A stretch of 33,217 bases of DNA from Desulfobacteraceae bacterium (lineage in GTDB: Bacteria; Desulfobacterota; Desulfobacteria; Desulfobacterales; Desulfosalsimonadaceae), in the NCBI GenBank assembly GCA_027353395.1, contig DAIEHU010000001.1:1-33217 (forward strand). Reading direction: 5' to 3'. Positions 8,924 through 17,035 of the stretch are shown here, in pieces. The notes under the pieces are model-generated. The model worked only from the letters and a program-made list of their open reading frames with translations. It did not search any database and was not told the origin of the DNA. The position numbers and the translations under genes were made by a program. Position 1 is the first letter of the stretch. Each line of letters opens with the position of its first letter.

Positions 8924-10210
8924 GTGGACAGCGAAATCATGCTGGGACAGATTGCGGAAGACGGTTTTCCAGTCACCGGCGATCCGTCCCAGGCGGATGT
9001 CATTATTGTCAATACCTGCGGTTTTATCGAGTCCGCAGCCCAGGAATCCGTGGATGAAATACTTTCTCTGGCGGAATTTAAAAAATCCGGGCACTGCCGG
9101 CGGCTGATCGTGACCGGATGTCTGCCTGAACGCTACCGGGAAGCTCTCGCCGGTTCCCTGCCGGAGGTTGACATGTTTCTGGGGACCGGTGCTTACCAAC
9201 AAATCGCGGAGGCATTGCACCGGCCGAATTCAAATACCCGATGTCTGCTGCCATCGCCGGACGGCTTGCCGCTTCAACATTGCGGGACCGGAAGAACACT
9301 GACCACGGCATCCTTTGCATATCTGAAAGTCAGCGAAGGGTGCGACCGGCATTGCACCTATTGCATTATTCCCAAATTGCGGGGGAAACTCCGGAGCCGG
9401 ACGCCGGAAGATGTGGCCATGGAAGCCCGAAAACTGATCTCCATGAATTTTAAGGAAATCGTCATTATCGGCCAGGACACCGGGGCCTATGGCAGGGATT
9501 TGCGCCCGCCGGTTCCCCTCAGCCGTCTGCTGGCGGATGTTGCGGATATATCAAAGGATATCCGGGTCCGGTTTTTGTATGGATCGCCGGATACGACCGA
9601 TGAAACCCTTATTCGCACCGTCGCGGATCATGACAATATCTGCGTTTATTTTGATATTCCCATGCAGCACGCGGCCCCCCTCGTGTTAAAACGCATGGGC
9701 CGGAATTATAACGCCGGGGATTTGCTGCGTTTGGTGGAGCACATCCGGTCCGTTATTCCGGATGCGGCCCTCAGAACCACGATGATGGTGGGTTTTCCTG
9801 GAGAAACGGATAAGGATTTTAATGAGTTGATGAAATTTGCGGAAACCGTCCGGTTTGATCACCTGGGCGCGTTCATCTATTCGGATGCCGATGACCTTCC
9901 GTCCCACCGGTTGTCAAACCATGTGCCGAAAAAAATCGCAAAGGAGAGGCATCACGCCCTGATGAGCGCCCAGGCCGGGTGGTCGGAAGGGAAAAACCAG
10001 AAATACATTGGCCGCACATTTCGTGTACTGGTGGAAGAACAAGTGGAAGAAGGACTCTATGCGGGCCGGACCTGGTTTCAGGCCCCGGAAGTGGACGGCA
10101 TTGTGTATATTGACGCGCAGGACCGTAAAAACGCCTTTCGGGTGAGCGAATTCGCGGATATCCGCATCACGGATGCACTGGAATATGATCTCAGAGGAGT
10201 AACGGCATGA
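8924..10210 (+). CDS. rimO: Ribosomal protein S12 methylthiotransferase RimO (radical SAM MTTase). The true start is probably upstream of 8924.
   Basis: LVDSEIMLG, NTCGFIE, VTGCL, the radical-SAM motif CDRHCTYCIIP, and a C-terminal TRAM-like end. GTG 8924 is the first canonical start, but the conserved SLGCARNLVDSE block begins upstream of it (see finding). Confidence 0.85.
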   Translation: MDSEIMLGQIAEDGFPVTGDPSQADVIIVNTCGFIESAAQESVDEILSLAEFKKSGHCRRLIVTGCLPERYREALAGSLPEVDMFLGTGAYQQIAEALHRPNSNTRCLLPSPDGLPLQHCGTGRTLTTASFAYLKVSEGCDRHCTYCIIPKLRGKLRSRTPEDVAMEARKLISMNFKEIVIIGQDTGAYGRDLRPPVPLSRLLADVADISKDIRVRFLYGSPDTTDETLIRTVADHDNICVYFDIPMQHAAPLVLKRMGRNYNAGDLLRLVEHIRSVIPDAALRTTMMVGFPGETDKDFNELMKFAETVRFDHLGAFIYSDADDLPSHRLSNHVPKKIAKERHHALMSAQAGWSEGKNQKYIGRTFRVLVEEQVEEGLYAGRTWFQAPEVDGIVYIDAQDRKNAFRVSEFADIRITDALEYDLRGVTA

Positions 10211-11187
10211 GCGGGTTAAAGCAGCAATTGTCGCTGCGTGTGGAAAATGATTTAAACGATATTGAAGCGGCATTGCATGAGAATTTAAACCCGCATGTGG
10301 AACTGGTCCGGGATGTGGCCGGCCATCTGATTTTCAGCGGCGGCAAGCGCATCCGGCCCCTGCTCAATTTGCTTTGTGCCCGGCTATGCGGCTATACAGA
10401 TGATTTTATTAAAAAATTTTCAACCATTATTGAATTTTTGCATACCGCGACCCTGTTGCACGATGATGTGGTGGACGAGGCTGCTCTCCGGCGCGGCAAA
10501 CCGGTGGCCCACAGCATCTGGGGCGCGCCGGTCACGGTGCTGGTAGGGGATTTTCTCCTGGCCCGTGCCTTAAATATTGCGGCGGAAACCGGAAATCCGA
10601 GAATCATACAGATCATATCAGAGATCACCGAAAGCATGTGCCAGGGGGAGATTCTTCAGTTGATCAAAAAAGGGGATGTCAATCTTTCCGAAGCCGACTA
10701 CATGGATGTAATCCGCCGCAAAACCGGATTTTTAATTCAGGGGGCCTGTCAGACCGGGGCCATTCTGGCAGGCGCGCCGGAGGATGTCGAGGCCCGGCTG
10801 GCCCGCTATGGGCATCATATTGGGATGGTGTTTCAGATCGCAGATGACCTGTTAGATTATACGGCCGACACCCGGACCTTGGGCAAAACCATCGGCGCGG
10901 ATTTAAAAGAAGGCAAATTGACCCTGCCGGTGATTCATACCCTGGAAAAAGCGGGGACCTGGGACCGGTCATGGCTGGCGGAGTTGATTGCCCGAAAGGA
11001 ATTTTCAGCCGATGAATTTGGCGCAGTACTCCGCCTTATGCATGAGGCCGGCGCTATTGATTACTGCCGGGGCATCGCGGAAAATCACGTCCGGGAAGCC
11101 AAGAAAATTATTGCATCGTTCCCGCCAAGTCAAACAACCGAAACCCTGGCCCTGATTGCGGATTATACTTTGAACCGAAAGGCCTGA
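10207..11187 (+). CDS. Polyprenyl diphosphate synthase (trans-IPPS, octa/heptaprenyl type). Chain length cannot be determined from the sequence.
   Basis: First DDxxD motif in LLHDDVVDEAALRRGK; second in FQIADDLLDY. The ATGA start/stop overlap with rimO places the start at 10207. Confidence 0.85.
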   Translation: MSGLKQQLSLRVENDLNDIEAALHENLNPHVELVRDVAGHLIFSGGKRIRPLLNLLCARLCGYTDDFIKKFSTIIEFLHTATLLHDDVVDEAALRRGKPVAHSIWGAPVTVLVGDFLLARALNIAAETGNPRIIQIISEITESMCQGEILQLIKKGDVNLSEADYMDVIRRKTGFLIQGACQTGAILAGAPEDVEARLARYGHHIGMVFQIADDLLDYTADTRTLGKTIGADLKEGKLTLPVIHTLEKAGTWDRSWLAELIARKEFSADEFGAVLRLMHEAGAIDYCRGIAENHVREAKKIIASFPPSQTTETLALIADYTLNRKA

Positions 11188-11222
11188 GAGCCTGCAACCC
11201 CGTCATATTTGGAGAAACGCTC

Positions 11223-12431
11223 ATGCGTATTTTTAAGAATCCTCCGGGTTTCCTGTTTTTAAAAATCATTTTTTCTGTTCTCATCATCGCCCTGTTTCTG
11301 GTTCTGCCATGTCTTGCGGAGCCGGCTGGAGAGACCGATATTGTCATCGCCATGGGCGCGAGCCCTGTCAAAACGGATGCGCCGTCGGCCAGGGAGGCGG
11401 CTGTGGCTCAGGGCCTGATGATGGCTGTGGAAAAAGCCGCACTGCAAATTCTGCCGGTTGAACGCGTCACTGAAAAATTTGATACGCTCGGTGTGCTTTT
11501 GGCGGATCACCATGATGAATTTATTCAGGATTACAAAGTGTTAAAGGAGTTAAACGATGGAAAAACCTACCGGGTGCTGGTGCAGGCCACGGTTCTCAGC
11601 GGCAAACTAAAGCAGGATTTAGGGGGCGGCGGCGAAACAGCGCAAGGGGACAATCCTCCCGCTGTTTTATTCATGATAGCCGAGCAACCGGCGGGTGCGT
11701 CGTCCATCCACTACTGGTGGCAGGGGGGTAAGCCCATCTTTCAGCCGGATATAGCGACGGAGGCCATGAAGCGGGTATTTGCGGACAGCGGATTCTCAGT
11801 GATCAACGAAAAAAACATCCCCGCTGGCCAGATCGAAGACCTGCAATTAACCGGGGCGGTTACCGATTCCCAGGCCATTGCGATCGGAAAGCGCGTGAAA
11901 GCGGACCTGATTATGGCAGGAAATGCGGTGGCGGTTGAAGCACCCAGCCGAACGGGAGAGACGCTGTTGACATTCAAAGGCACCGTAACGGTCCGGCCGG
12001 TTTTTGTGGGAACCGGCGAAGCCCTTCCTGCAATCGTGAACAGCCAGACAGCGCTACATCAGGACAAAACCGCGGGCAGCCGGAAGGCGCTGTCCGATGC
12101 CGGAAAGCAGGCGGGCCTCGCCGCCGTTCCGCAAATTCTTGCAAAATGGAAAGCGCACGGAGAAACCGGCGGGGACATCCTCATCAACCTCACCGGACCC
12201 GATATCCTCACCCATCTGGCGGAATTCCGGACCGCATTGAAACACATTAAAGGCGTTTCCAGTCATCAAATGCTGGAAATAGGGGCTGATAAAGCGATGC
12301 TCAAAGTTACGTTTGAAGGCACGCCCCAGGCCCTATCGGATGCGCTCGTTCTGGAATCCTTTGATTCTTTCGCCATCAATGTTTCTGAAATCACCGGCAA
12401 TCAGATACATATCCAGTTAACGGCCCAATAA
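11223..12431 (+). CDS. Secreted protein of unknown function with an N-terminal signal peptide
   Basis: The 402-aa ORF starts with MRIFKNPPGFLFLKIIFSVLIIALFLVLPCLA/EPAGE, a hydrophobic h-region followed by an AxA-like cleavage site. I recognise no family. Confidence 0.6.
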   Translation: MRIFKNPPGFLFLKIIFSVLIIALFLVLPCLAEPAGETDIVIAMGASPVKTDAPSAREAAVAQGLMMAVEKAALQILPVERVTEKFDTLGVLLADHHDEFIQDYKVLKELNDGKTYRVLVQATVLSGKLKQDLGGGGETAQGDNPPAVLFMIAEQPAGASSIHYWWQGGKPIFQPDIATEAMKRVFADSGFSVINEKNIPAGQIEDLQLTGAVTDSQAIAIGKRVKADLIMAGNAVAVEAPSRTGETLLTFKGTVTVRPVFVGTGEALPAIVNSQTALHQDKTAGSRKALSDAGKQAGLAAVPQILAKWKAHGETGGDILINLTGPDILTHLAEFRTALKHIKGVSSHQMLEIGADKAMLKVTFEGTPQALSDALVLESFDSFAINVSEITGNQIHIQLTAQ

Positions 12432-12457
12432 ACCGGGATTATTGCTTCTGGCGCGAC

Positions 12458-12494
12458 ACAAAAAAAGGGTTTGCGAATTTTTTCGCAAACCCTT
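12458..12494. terminator. Intrinsic terminator shared by tRNA-Val (minus) and the secreted-protein gene (plus)
   Basis: A perfect 13-bp stem, AAGGGTTTGCGAA (12465-12477) / TTCGCAAACCCTT (12482-12494), with a TTTT loop. On the minus strand it is followed by a T7 tract (12464-12458), directly 3' of the tRNA. Confidence 0.65.
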
Positions 12495-12502
12495 GAATTT
12501 CC

Positions 12503-12578
12503 TGGTAGGCGCGATTGGACTTGAACCAACGACTTCTACCGTGTCGAGGTAGCGCTCTGCCAACTGAGCTACGCGCCT
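12503..12578 (-). tRNA. tRNA-Val, anticodon GAC, with encoded CCA
   Basis: The reverse complement is AGGCGCG TA GCTC AGTTGGCA GAGC G CTACC TCGACAC GGTAG AAGTC GTTGG TTCAAGT CCAAT CGCGCCT A CCA. This folds as a 76-nt cloverleaf with GTTC..A T-loop and GG D-loop hallmarks. Positions 34-36 read GAC. Confidence 0.85.
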
Positions 12579-12594
12579 GTAAAAAGTTACGGGT

Positions 12595-12624
12595 TTGTTA
12601 CCACCAATCCCGTTTTAGTGTCAA
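12595..12624 (-). promoter_or_regulatory. Possible sigma-70 promoter for tRNA-Val
   Basis: On the minus strand, a perfect TTGACA (12624..12619) is followed by an 18-nt spacer and TAACAA (12600..12595), about 16 nt before the mature 5' end. The -10 element is weak. Confidence 0.3.
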
Positions 12625-12675
12625 GAAAAATAAAGATGCATTTTTTGACGGCATCGTCACAAGCCGCTTGAATTC

Positions 12676-13164
12676 ATGACGGATAACCGGTATACAGTTC
12701 CCATGATCAGAAAAGCCACTATCGAAGATGTCAAATCCATTCATGCGATCCTGAAATATTACGGGGACCGGGATGAACTCCTGTCCCGGCCCCTTAGCAA
12801 GCTCTACGATCATCTCCGGGATTTTTCCGTTTATACCCATCTCCATGACGGCAAAGCCATCGTAGGCTGTTGCGCCCTGCAATTCTGCTGGGAAGATTTG
12901 GCGGAAATCCGTTCCCTGGCGGTTGTCCGGGAGGCGATGGGGAAATCCATCGGCCGCCAACTGGTGGAAAACGCCTTTGTGGAGGCCAGGCAATATAAAA
13001 TCAAATCGCTGTTCACCCTTACCTATAAACCCGCGTTTTTTGAAAAATTTGGTTTCGTGAAAATCGACAAAGCCGATCTGCCCATCAAAATCTGGTCAGA
13101 CTGCATCCAGTGCGTCAAATTCCCTGACTGCGATGAAACCGCCATGATCCGGTCCTTGGAATAA
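12676..13164 (+). CDS. GNAT-family N-acetyltransferase (short, similar to amino-acid N-acetyltransferases)
   Basis: LAVVREAMGKSIGRQLVENA matches GNAT motif A (R/QxxGxG/A). Size is 153-162 aa. The start is either 12676 or the Met at 12703 (MIRKATIEDV). Confidence 0.8.
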   Translation: MTDNRYTVPMIRKATIEDVKSIHAILKYYGDRDELLSRPLSKLYDHLRDFSVYTHLHDGKAIVGCCALQFCWEDLAEIRSLAVVREAMGKSIGRQLVENAFVEARQYKIKSLFTLTYKPAFFEKFGFVKIDKADLPIKIWSDCIQCVKFPDCDETAMIRSLE

Positions 13165-13216
13165 ACGAAAAATCCGCGCCGCTCAGCCGGGCCGCGAATC
13201 CGCACGCGCCTATCGT

Positions 13217-13507
13217 TTAACCAACATGGAGCACGTTGTTTCGGGTGCCGAAGCTGTTGATGCAGAAATTATCGTTTTGCGGATCATTTTCCCATCGTTC
13301 GTCCACTTTAAAACGGTATTCATAGGTTCCCATCGGCAGCAGCATCGTTTTTCGCCATATGTTCTGAGCATCCCGCTGCATGGTATGTTTTTTTTCGTCC
13401 CATCCGTTAAAATCACCCACAACACAGACGGTCTCAGCATCCTCATCATAGAACGCAAATTGAATTCTTTTACGTTTTTGAGCTGATTTAGATGTTTTTT
13501 CAGCCAT
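13217..13507 (-). CDS. Stand-alone glycogen/starch-binding domain protein (CBM48 / AMPK-beta GBD-like)
   Basis: The 96-aa ORF contains VCVVGDFNGWD...W...LPMGTYEYRFKVDERWENDP. The SD GGAG in AAAAAAGGAGATAATAA precedes the ATG. Confidence 0.75.
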   Translation of the reverse strand: MAEKTSKSAQKRKRIQFAFYDEDAETVCVVGDFNGWDEKKHTMQRDAQNIWRKTMLLPMGTYEYRFKVDERWENDPQNDNFCINSFGTRNNVLHVG

Positions 13508-13586
13508 TTATTATCTCCTTTTTTCATAATCCATTACCAGTCACCCCATCAAGCAGGGGCGTAAAAAAGCATCACGCCATAAAACA

Positions 13587-13602
13587 TGCAAAAATGCTGC
13601 CA
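13587..13602 (-). promoter_or_regulatory. Sigma-54 (-24/-12) promoter candidate
   Basis: The minus strand reads TGGCAG-CATTT-TTGCA, against a consensus of TGGCAC-N5-TTGCA. The site is intergenic and lies 80 nt upstream of ATG 13507. Confidence 0.5.
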
Positions 13603-13885
13603 ACATAAGGTTCCGAATCTATCTGGCCGGGGGCGGATGACATGTCCATATTGCCGCATCTTAATGCTTTCATGAAAGAAAGTAGTTGGCTCTTATTCAA
13701 TCCTTTATTTTACAACGTGTAAAAAATTCTTTTTTCAACAAATGGATGGATTTCTATTTACCATTGTTAAAAAAAAAATTAAAATAAAACCTGATATTGA
13801 ATTGCTCTGACTTTTATTTTTCTTATTTTTATAGATAGTTGCACACTTTAAAAAACAGATTACCACACATTCAAAGAACTAAAAA

Positions 13886-14233
13886 ATGATCCGGATGCTT
13901 GAACTCGATTTTGGCGATTTTATTTTGGAGGCAGAACTGTTTGACACTCTTATTGCCGGAAAATTCGCGGCCCATCTTCCGTATACGATTCATCTTGAGC
14001 AATGGGGACAGGAGCTTTACGGGCCCATCGGCAGAAATTTCGGCGAGGAAAATCCGGTTGACGACATTCCGCCAGGCGGCATTGCCTACACCCGCAAAGG
14101 GAAATATCTCTGCATTTTTTTCGGGCAGAAACCGGCTTGGCCGGTTGAACACATCGGCCGCATCCTCGATGGCCAATGGGAAAGGCTCGCGGCCCACCCG
14201 GAGCAGGACATGGTGTTTATTACGTTAAAATAG
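13886..14233 (+). CDS. Cyclophilin-like-fold protein (TM1367-like family)
   Basis: The 115-aa ORF has the pattern WGQELYGPI...GGIAYTRKGKYLCIFFGQKP, which matches my recollection of the cyclophilin-like TM1367 family (WGEEIYF...[20 protein letters not shown]). Confidence 0.55.
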   Translation: MIRMLELDFGDFILEAELFDTLIAGKFAAHLPYTIHLEQWGQELYGPIGRNFGEENPVDDIPPGGIAYTRKGKYLCIFFGQKPAWPVEHIGRILDGQWERLAAHPEQDMVFITLK

Positions 14234-14258
14234 CAAATGGCCGCTGGTGCCGCGTGTG

Positions 14259-15299
14259 TTAAAGAAACATCGATTTATCAATGGCTTTTTCATAAGCCGC
14301 TTCCTTCGTGATGGTATTCTCTTTAATCAGTTGAAATAAATGACTGTCCATACTCTGCATGCCTGCGGCGGTTCCGGTCTGGAGAATGGACCCGATCTGG
14401 GAAATCTTTCCCTCCCGGATCATGCTGGCAAGGGCTGTTGAGCCGATGAGGATCTCATTGGCGGCGCATCGGCCGCCGTTTTGGGTCTTGATGAGTTGCT
14501 GAGCGATAACGGCCCGGAGGGATTCGGAAAGCATGGTGCGGGTCTGGGCCTGCTGGTCCGCCGGGAAAGCGTTGATGATGCGATCAATGGTTTTCGCGGC
14601 TGAATTGGTATGCAGTGTCCCGAATACAAGAATGCCCAGCTCTGCGCAGGTCAGCGCAAGGGCAATCGTTTCCAGATCCCGCATTTCACCCACAAGAATG
14701 ATATCCGGATTTTCACGACTGGCGACTTTTAACGCCTCGCCGAAACTCTTTGCATGATTGCCGATCTCCCGATGGGTGATAAGACATTTTTTATTCTGGT
14801 GGACGAATTCCAGCGGGTCTTCAATGGTGATAATATGCCCGTCACGAGTATCATTAATATGATTAATGATGGCTGCCAGCGTGGTGGATTTTCCGCTGCC
14901 GGTAGGCCCCGTCACCAGGACTAAACCTCTTGTGTATTCAGCGATGGATTTGAGAACTTCCGGGAGATGCAGCTGTTCCAGAGTCAGAATCTCCGTGGGA
15001 ATCAGACGGAACACTGCGCCGATGCCCCGATGCTGATACAGATAATTGCACCGGAATCTGCCGACATTTTCCAGTTCATAGGCCATGTCAAAATCATGGG
15101 TTTTTTCAACGCTGTCCTGTTGTTCCGGGTTCAAAATTTCAAAAAGAATCTGTTTATTTGAGTCGGCTGTAAGGACAGGATGGTCAAGAGCGGTCAACTC
15201 GCCGCTTTTACGTATCAACGGCGGGAAACCGACGACCATGTGCAGATCGCTGGCGCCCCGCTCCTTCATTTCTTTGAAATATGCATCCAGCAGTTTCAT
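14259..15299 (-). CDS. pilT: Type IV pilus retraction ATPase PilT
   Basis: The 346-aa ORF has Walker A GPTGSGKST, ITIEDPLEF, ILVGEMRDLETI, GTLHTNSAAKTIDRI and MIREGK. Confidence 0.9.
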   Translation of the reverse strand: MKLLDAYFKEMKERGASDLHMVVGFPPLIRKSGELTALDHPVLTADSNKQILFEILNPEQQDSVEKTHDFDMAYELENVGRFRCNYLYQHRGIGAVFRLIPTEILTLEQLHLPEVLKSIAEYTRGLVLVTGPTGSGKSTTLAAIINHINDTRDGHIITIEDPLEFVHQNKKCLITHREIGNHAKSFGEALKVASRENPDIILVGEMRDLETIALALTCAELGILVFGTLHTNSAAKTIDRIINAFPADQQAQTRTMLSESLRAVIAQQLIKTQNGGRCAANEILIGSTALASMIREGKISQIGSILQTGTAAGMQSMDSHLFQLIKENTITKEAAYEKAIDKSMFL

Positions 15300-15322
15300 G
15301 TCTTCTTTGCTTTCAATGCGTC

Positions 15323-16387
15323 TCAGGCGGTTTTATTTAAAAACGGTTTAAACGTGTCTGGTTTGCTGGCATTGGCGGCTGCATCCGCCGCCGTTATGCG
15401 GCCGGCTTTCAGGAGCGTCATCAGGGATTCATCCATGAGCTGCATGCCGGCTTTTTTGCCGGTCTGCATCATGGATGGAATCTGAAATGTTTTGGCGTCC
15501 CGGATCAGGTTGGCCATCGGCAGTGTGCCGATTAAAATTTCAAGGGCCAGGACCATTTGTGAGCTGTCCGCCGCCGGAACCAGTCTTTGGGTAATCACGG
15601 CTTTTATGGCTTCGCTGAGCATGGTGCGTATCTGATTCTGTTCTTTGGGCGGAAAAGAGTCGATAATCCGCTCTACGGTTTTGGGTGCGCTGGAGGTAGA
15701 CAAGGTGCCGATCACAAGATGTCCGGTTTCGGCTGCTGTGATAGCCAGGGACATGGTTTCCAGATCCCGCAACTCTCCGATCATGATCACATCCGGGTCT
15801 TGTCGAAGAGCGCCTCTTAATGCATTGGCATAGGTCAACGTATCCAACCCGATCTGTCGCTGGTTTACCACGCCGCGCTTGAACGGATGCACAAATTCAA
15901 TGGGATCCTCCACCGTCAGGATATGATGTGACCGGTTGGTGTTTATATAGTCGACCATGGCGGCAAGCGTGGTGGATTTGCCATGCCCGGTTGCGCCTGT
16001 AACCAGTATCAGCCCCTGATGGTTGTCCAGCACCCGTTTGATGATATCCGGCATTCCCAGATCATCCAGCGCCGGGATTTTTGGCGGGATCACGCGAAAA
16101 ACAGCGCTTAATCCTCGTTGATGCTCCATGGCGCTTCCGCGGAATCGCCCGATCTCGGGAAGTTCGTAGCTGAAATCCAGTTGAAGGGTGTTTTCAAGAA
16201 TTTTCTTTTGCGGTTCGCTTAATATTTCAAGGATCAATTCCTGGCACTGACTCAGGCTGAGAGGGGCGTTTTTTAATTTTTTCAGTCTCCCCAGATGCCG
16301 GATGGTGATGGGTTCGTTCGGAACGATATGAACATCCGACGCCTTTAAGTCAACCGCCGCCTTGAATACTTTATCTAATTTCGCCAT
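15323..16387 (-). CDS. PilT/PilU-family ATPase (second paralogue)
   Basis: The 354-aa ORF has Walker A GATGHGKST (His where Ser is usual), LTVEDPIEF, IMIGELRDLETM, GTLSTSSAPKTVERI and NLIRDAK. Confidence 0.85.
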   Translation of the reverse strand: MAKLDKVFKAAVDLKASDVHIVPNEPITIRHLGRLKKLKNAPLSLSQCQELILEILSEPQKKILENTLQLDFSYELPEIGRFRGSAMEHQRGLSAVFRVIPPKIPALDDLGMPDIIKRVLDNHQGLILVTGATGHGKSTTLAAMVDYINTNRSHHILTVEDPIEFVHPFKRGVVNQRQIGLDTLTYANALRGALRQDPDVIMIGELRDLETMSLAITAAETGHLVIGTLSTSSAPKTVERIIDSFPPKEQNQIRTMLSEAIKAVITQRLVPAADSSQMVLALEILIGTLPMANLIRDAKTFQIPSMMQTGKKAGMQLMDESLMTLLKAGRITAADAAANASKPDTFKPFLNKTA

Positions 16388-16411
16388 CGCATTTCCCGTT
16401 TAAGAATCATC

Positions 16412-16672
16412 CTATAATGCCTTTTCTCGGATCGCAGCTTCTGGAACAATGACTTCAATCTCATCTTTGCGGACATTTAAAAATGTCGTTTTCATGACTG
16501 TTGCGCCATTATATGGGTGAGGTCTCACTTCGGCATCCGTCACCGATATAAATGCGTTTGACTCATTCATGTAATCCGTCAGCCGGACCCCCTGATAAAT
16601 ATTTATATAGCCTTTGATTTCAAAGCGATGTGTAAAAATAAGAAATTTTTGTTTTCCGGCGTCATCATTCAT
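16412..16672 (-). CDS. Small hypothetical protein, first gene of the pilT pair operon
   Basis: The 86-aa ORF has the SD GGAG (in AGGAGACCGCC) before the ATG and ends 24 nt before the next start. I recognise no family. Confidence 0.5.
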   Translation of the reverse strand: MNDDAGKQKFLIFTHRFEIKGYINIYQGVRLTDYMNESNAFISVTDAEVRPHPYNGATVMKTTFLNVRKDEIEVIVPEAAIREKAL

Positions 16673-16862
16673 GGCGGTCTCCTGAAATGGTTCAATTTAT
16701 GCCGAAAAGTCATGGCATCGGTTTTTACTTTACACTATGCGGATCAACACTTCAATCGTTAATCCAACCTTCAGGCGGGTCAGATATGAATTTTGATGCA
16801 TTTCTGTCCGGCGGATTTTTATAACAAAAGGCTTTCCATCTCCCGATATATTAAAAAATCGC

Positions 16863-16891
16863 TTGACAATGATTAAACTCAATTTTAAAGT
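16863..16891 (+). promoter_or_regulatory. Candidate sigma-70 promoter for the acyl-CoA catabolic locus
   Basis: TTGACA (16863-16868), a 17-nt spacer, then TAAAGT (16886-16891). The site sits in a 363-bp AT-rich gap about 145 nt upstream of ATG 17036. Confidence 0.35.
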
Positions 16892-17035
16892 TGAACATAA
16901 TTTTTTTTATGAATTTAATTAAAAATTAGAAGTTCATATTTCGTCTAACTGATCAATAAAATTTAAAAAAATTCCTTTTATGAACGGTAATCGTGCTGGT
17001 TTAGATATAAATTATTTATTTCACAGGAGATAATC

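Noticed and set aside
12432-12675. The tRNA-Val gene as a genomic-island integration site
   Set aside because: There is no integrase, no phage or plasmid genes, and no obvious direct repeat of the tRNA 3' end nearby. The flanking genes are ordinary. I could not search exhaustively for a distal att repeat by eye.
16713-16729. TGGCAT-CGGTT-TTTAC on the plus strand in the control region of the catabolic locus
   Set aside because: The -12 element lacks the GC core (TTTA instead of TTGC), and the site lies more than 300 nt from the ATG. It is not a credible sigma-54 promoter.
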